64,000 nt of DNA from an uncultured delta proteobacterium (GTDB lineage: Bacteria; Desulfobacterota; Binatia; UBA9968). The notes below the pieces were generated by a model, which was not told the DNA's origin, ran no database searches, and worked only from the letters and a program-made list of their open reading frames with translations. The stretch spans positions 256,001 through 320,000 of the forward strand of contig CAWFJP010000005.1 of assembly GCA_963816145.1 (NCBI GenBank). Reading direction: 5' to 3'. Positions within the stretch are counted from its first letter, which is position 1. Each line of letters opens with the position of its first letter. A program made the position numbers and the translations under genes. This document shows positions 59,522 through 64,000 of this stretch, piece by piece.

Positions 59522-61268
59522 TGCCCGCGGCCAGTGAACAACCAGACCTCGCTATGGACCGTGCACAAGGAAATCGTTGGCTGCATATGGTTTTACTTGT
59601 CGCGCTGTGCGGCGTTCTCTACTTTCCCTACCTCGGCAGCACGCCGGTCTTCGATAAGGGCGAGCCGCGTGAAGGCCTCGCGGTGCAGGATATCGTCCAG
59701 CGCGGCGAGTGGCTGTTTCCACTCAAGCGCGCCGCGGCGATCCCGTCCAAGCCGCCGATGTTTCACTGGACGGCGGCATTGACCTATCAATTCACAGGTG
59801 TGCTGGACGAGGCAACCCTGCGTTTCCCGTCGGCGCTTTATGCGACGCTCGGGGTGATTTTTCTCTATCTCCTTGGCGCCAGGCTGTTTGGCGCTCAGGT
59901 CGGTCTGTTGGGCGGGGCGATTCTGGCGACGACGATGATCTATCAGACCCAGGCGGTGAACGCTCGCGTCGATATGACTTTATGTTTCTTCGTCACGCTC
60001 AGCTTGATTCTGTTCTACAGCATTTACCGCGGTTTCTTGAACCATCCGCTTTGGCCTTACGCGATGTATCTGCTGGTAGGCTTGGCGACCCTATCGAAGG
60101 GGCCGTTGGGGATAGTTTTGCCGGGGCTGGTGATCGCAGTTTTTCTCGCGCTCAAACGTAATTGGCAGCAGTTTTTCAAATTCGCTTTGCATCCAGGTGT
60201 GCTGATCGCGCTGGTCCTCGTGGTGGGCTGGTATGGGCTGGCAATCAGCCGCGGCGGCGAGGGCTTCGTCAACCGCCAACTCCTGTCGGAGAATCTCGGC
60301 CGCTTTTTCGGCGGCTCGGGCCACAGCCATCCAATTTACTATTACCTGGGTTATCTCTTTAGTCTCGCCATTCCATGGTGTTTGTTTTATCCATTCATGT
60401 TTTGGGATTGGGCCAAAGAGCGCGGTAGCGCCGATGACGATCTGCGGTTTCTGCAAACCTGGTTTGGCGTCATGCTGATTTTTTTCTCGTTATCGTCCGG
60501 CAAGCGTGCGGTCTACCTCTTGCCCATGTATCCGGCGTTGGCGCTGCTCTTGGCGGTCTGGTGCCGTCGTCAAACGTCGTTGGGCGTTTTTCGCACTTGG
60601 TTTCTCCGGATCGTTTCCGCGATCGCAGTCGTGAGTGCTTTTGTCATGTTGTTCGTCGCGCTGGGTGATCTCTGGACCCATGATCCGTCACGGCTATTCG
60701 CGCCCATTGAGAAAATGCTCAAACCGAAGGACCGTGCCAATTTCTCGGTGATCGTTAACCAAATCGCCGGCTTCGGCTGGATGTTCGATGCCGCGGCGCT
60801 GGCGTGGGCCGCTCTCTGGTCGCTGTTCGGTTACTACCTCTGGCGTGGCCGCATGGTTGCAGCCGGTGGCGCTCTGGTTGCACTGTCGATTATCTTGGCA
60901 TTCTTTAGCCGCGGCTTGGTGGAAGCGAAGATCGCCGAGACTAAGAGCTACCGGGATTTCATGATCGAAGTGAATCGTCTGGTCCAACCGGCGGAAAGGT
61001 TGGTTTTGTACGGCGGATTCAACAGCGATGCGGTGGTATTCTATCGCGGCGGACCGGTCGACGTCGCTGAACGGCCCGCTCGACGATGGATCGGCTCGGA
61101 TCGCCGACGGCGCATGGTTACATCATTACCACTGAAAAAACCTGGAACCGGCTTCAGCAGGCACAACCGAAGTTAGCGCCACCGTTGTTGCGCAGCCGCG
61201 GAACAGGGCCCGAAGGCGACGCGCCACTGGTGCTGTTGCATGCGGTCACTTCAGTAACCGCTACTTAA
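59518..61268 (+). CDS. ArnT/PMT-like GT-C glycosyltransferase (second), apparent frameshift near 61080
   Basis: GEPRE, KPPMFHW, ARVDM, KGPLG, KRAVYLLP; plausible tail GYIITTEK...GTGPEGDAPLVL lies in another frame (61086..61268). Confidence 0.85.
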
Positions 61269-62244
61269 AGAATCCCTCTTTCTCCAGCTCGCGCAGGGCG
61301 CGCAGAGTCGACGAAGTCGTCGAATTTCCAGGCCTTGGTTTTGGTCTCTTTACCCAGTTCGTCGAGCACCGTTTGGATGCCTCCAGGGGTCGGAAACGGC
61401 CGGCGGTCCAACACCTGGACGCTGCGCGCGAGAGCGTAGTCGATCGTCGCCGCGTCATCGGTGCGCAGGGAGACGCGGATCACCGCTCTTGCGCGTGGTC
61501 GCGTCACTTTGCAGCGCGCGAATCGATTCGGACATGCTTTTGATCAGCGCTTTGACGGTCTTCTGGTTGCGATCGAGATAGCTGCCGACAAAATTGAGCG
61601 ACAAGGAACGGGTACTCGATCTTGGTGTCGGCCAGGTCGGTGAGGACGTTGAAGCCTTCTCGCTTGGCCCGTGGCACGAAGTCGGCTGCCATGATCGTGC
61701 CGTCGACGACGCCGCTCAGGATCGCCGTGATGCGCGCGCCGGAATTGCCGATCTGCAGGACGGTGACATCTTTTTCCGAATCTAGCCCGCCTTCTTTGAG
61801 CGCCAAGTTGGTCTGGAAGTGGGAGCCGGAACCGAAGCGGCTGACGGCGACTTTTTTGCCTTTCAGTTGCTTGATCGAGGTGATCGACGGCGCGGCGAGA
61901 TAGACATGGTTGAAGCGGTTGGCGACCACGGCGGCGATGCGCACGTCGGCGCCGCGAATCTTCGCCACCATCGCCTCAGAGCCCTGGGAAAACGACAAAT
62001 CGAAAGTGCCGGCGATAAGCGCCTGGCTGAGCAGCGAACCGCTATTGACGTAAACCACCTCGACGTCGAGCCCGTTTTTCTTGAAAATGCCGGCGCGTTT
62101 GCCCATTTCGAGAACATAGTTGTTGATGCCCGTGCCGCTGTAACCCAAGCGCATTTTGTCCACAATCTGCGCTCTAGCGGCTTGGGTTCCAATCAAAGAC
62201 AGGAGAAACGCCGTCAGCCCGATTCGCGTTATGCCCTTCATCAT
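61261..62244 (-). CDS. NMT1-type ABC substrate-binding protein with about three frameshifts
   Basis: GIFKKNGLDVE, LKGKKVAVSRFGS; C-terminal pieces in successive frames (LSLNF..YLDRN; PFPTPGGIQTVLDE; LRELEKEGFFK*), shifts near 61606, 61490, 61306. Confidence 0.8.
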
Positions 62245-62398
62245 TCCGAATCTCTCTTTCCGATAAGTTGAAACGCTCGCATCGTAATGCCGGCGAAAAG
62301 CCAGCACAAGAGAAAAACCGCATTGGCGCGAATCGCGCTCATCTTGATAGGGGTGATTATAGTTGTTAGATGGTGCTGGCGAGCGACAAGGAGAGCCC

Positions 62399-63325
62399 AT
62401 GGACTTAAGTCGTAGAAGCGTCATCAAATCCGGATTGGCAATGGGTACGTCATTGCTGCTGCTGCCGAGGCAGACGGCGGCGCAGAGCCAGCCGTTGATT
62501 CAGAAAAAGATCCCGTCGTCGGGCGAAGCGATTCCGATCATTGGCATCGGCACGGCGCGCCGTTATGAGGACGTCAAGAACGATGCCGAGAAAGTGCCGC
62601 TGCGCGAAACCATTCGGCAGTTCCAAGTCCTGGGTGGGAAGGTAATCGACAGTTCGCCCTCCTACGGCACGGCGGAAGCGGTGGTCGGTGAATTGGTCGA
62701 AGGTCTTAAAATACGCGACTCGCTGTTTCTCGCCACCAAGGTGAGTTTGCGCAAAGGGGGCAGGGATGAGGGTGTGGCGCAGATTGAAGCCTCGTTCAAA
62801 CGATATCGTACCAACAAAATCGACCTGCTCGCCGTGCACAATCTGCTGGACACCGACACCCAGCTCAAAACGATCCGCGACCTCAAGGCAGCGGGGCGGG
62901 TGCGTTACGTCGGTATCACGACATCGTTCGACAACCAGTACCGCGACTTTGAGCAAGTGATGAAGAAGGAGACCCTGGACTTTATTCAAGTCGATTACGC
63001 CCTCGACAACCGCGATGCCGGTGACCGGCTGATTCCGCTCGCCGGCGACCGCGGCATGGCGGTGATGATCAATCTGCCGTTCGGACGTGGCCGGCTGTTC
63101 AGCGCCGTGCAAGGAAAGAAGTTGCCGGAGTGGTCGAGCGAATTCGACTGCGCGAGTTGGGCGCAGTTCTTATTGAAATATATCGTCTCGCATCCCGCCA
63201 TCACTTGCGCTGTGCCGGGCATGGCCAGGCCTGAATATGTCGTCGATAATCTCGGCGCGGCGCGCGGTCGCTTGCCGGACGCGGCGACGCGCAAGCGCAT
63301 GGAGCAGTTCATTGATAACGTCTAG
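62399..63325 (+). CDS. Aldo/keto reductase with twin-arginine-like leader
   Basis: LSRRSVIK leader; IGIGT, IDSSPSYG, ATKV, VHN tetrad residues; VRYVGIT. Confidence 0.9.
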   Translation: MDLSRRSVIKSGLAMGTSLLLLPRQTAAQSQPLIQKKIPSSGEAIPIIGIGTARRYEDVKNDAEKVPLRETIRQFQVLGGKVIDSSPSYGTAEAVVGELVEGLKIRDSLFLATKVSLRKGGRDEGVAQIEASFKRYRTNKIDLLAVHNLLDTDTQLKTIRDLKAAGRVRYVGITTSFDNQYRDFEQVMKKETLDFIQVDYALDNRDAGDRLIPLAGDRGMAVMINLPFGRGRLFSAVQGKKLPEWSSEFDCASWAQFLLKYIVSHPAITCAVPGMARPEYVVDNLGAARGRLPDAATRKRMEQFIDNV

Positions 63326-63357
63326 GCCGTTAACGGGCGCAGGGCGAGGGGATAGGC

Positions 63358-64000
63358 GTGGGGAGTGACTCTATTCGACAATCGGCTGCGCAAGATGGCA
63401 TCGTCTATCGGCTCCTGAGACGCGCGATCGATGTCCGGCCGGCGGAGCTGCGGGCGCTCGGTTGGTCGTGGCTTTATATCATTTCGCTGTTTGTTTCCTA
63501 CTACATTCTCAGGCCAATCCGCGATGAGATGGGTGTGGCCGGCGGGGTGGAGAATCTCCCATGGTTGTTCACCGGCACGTTAGTCGGCATGATCGTGGTC
63601 AATCCGCCCTTCGCGGCCTTAGTCGCGAAGCTGCCGCGGGTGAAGTTCATCGGTCTTAGCTATCGTTTCTTCGCCGTTAACCTTTTGTGCTTTGTCGTGC
63701 TCTTGCGGATGGCTTCGGGCCAAGAGATTATCTGGATCGGCCGGTTGTTTTTTATCTGGACATCGATTTTCAATCTATTCGTCGTCTCGGTGTTTTGGGC
63801 GCTGATGGTCGACGTCTTCGACACCGAACAGGGCAAGCGGCTGTTCGGCTTCATCGCCGCCGGCGCGACCATCGGCGGAATCATGGGCGCTAGCATCACC
63901 GCCTCGCTCGCCAAGCAGGTGCCGGCAGCCTATCTACTATTGGCTTCCGCAACATTGTTGGAAGTCGCGGTCTTCTGCGTCGGCAGCTTGTCGCGTCTGT
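63358..64000 (+). CDS. MFS transporter of Npt/TLC (NTP/NDP exchange)-like type, 5' part
   Basis: Not in the ORF track (no stop in window). GTG 63358; YYILRPIRDEMGVAGGVENLPWLFTGT, FFIWTSIFNLFVVSVFW.LM.D.F..EQGKRLFGFIAAG. Confidence 0.85.
   Translation, partial: MGSDSIRQSAAQDGIVYRLLRRAIDVRPAELRALGWSWLYIISLFVSYYILRPIRDEMGVAGGVENLPWLFTGTLVGMIVVNPPFAALVAKLPRVKFIGLSYRFFAVNLLCFVVLLRMASGQEIIWIGRLFFIWTSIFNLFVVSVFWALMVDVFDTEQGKRLFGFIAAGATIGGIMGASITASLAKQVPAAYLLLASATLLEVAVFCVGSLSRL

Overview
A gene-dense bacterial chromosomal segment with moderately high GC. The many NMT1/SsuA-type binding proteins, amidohydrolases, ornithine-cyclodeaminase-like and UbiD genes suggest a Binatota/deltaproteobacterial-type soil organism (inference only). 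I found no rRNA, tRNA, CRISPR array or transposase. Housekeeping content: acyl-CoA carboxylase trio, pdaD, tatC/tatA-B, fabF/fabH, pncB, etfBA, mltA, pgeF, a CDF exporter. Accessory content: catabolic/transport genes and a two-component-system/ArnT/GT9 envelope-modification block. The most unusual items are: (1) a putative biosynthetic operon at the left edge, Aas-like MFS-acyltransferase-acyl ligase -> heme-oxygenase-like diiron enzyme fused to an enolase-superfamily domain -> GH3 acyl-amido synthetase (missing from the ORF track); (2) a free-standing ~180-nt transcription unit at 30.1-30.3 kb with a near-consensus sigma70 promoter, a 16-nt complement of the 16S 3' end, a 13-codon ORF and long hairpins; (3) a stand-alone PaaA-like diiron enzyme plus a small protein upstream of ETF; (4) a zeta-toxin-like pair flanked by a duplicated etfA tail and terminator; (5) several families of inverted short-tandem-repeat elements in intergenic gaps. 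Several single-base frameshifts probably reflect sequencing error. All family assignments come from motif recognition, not database searches.
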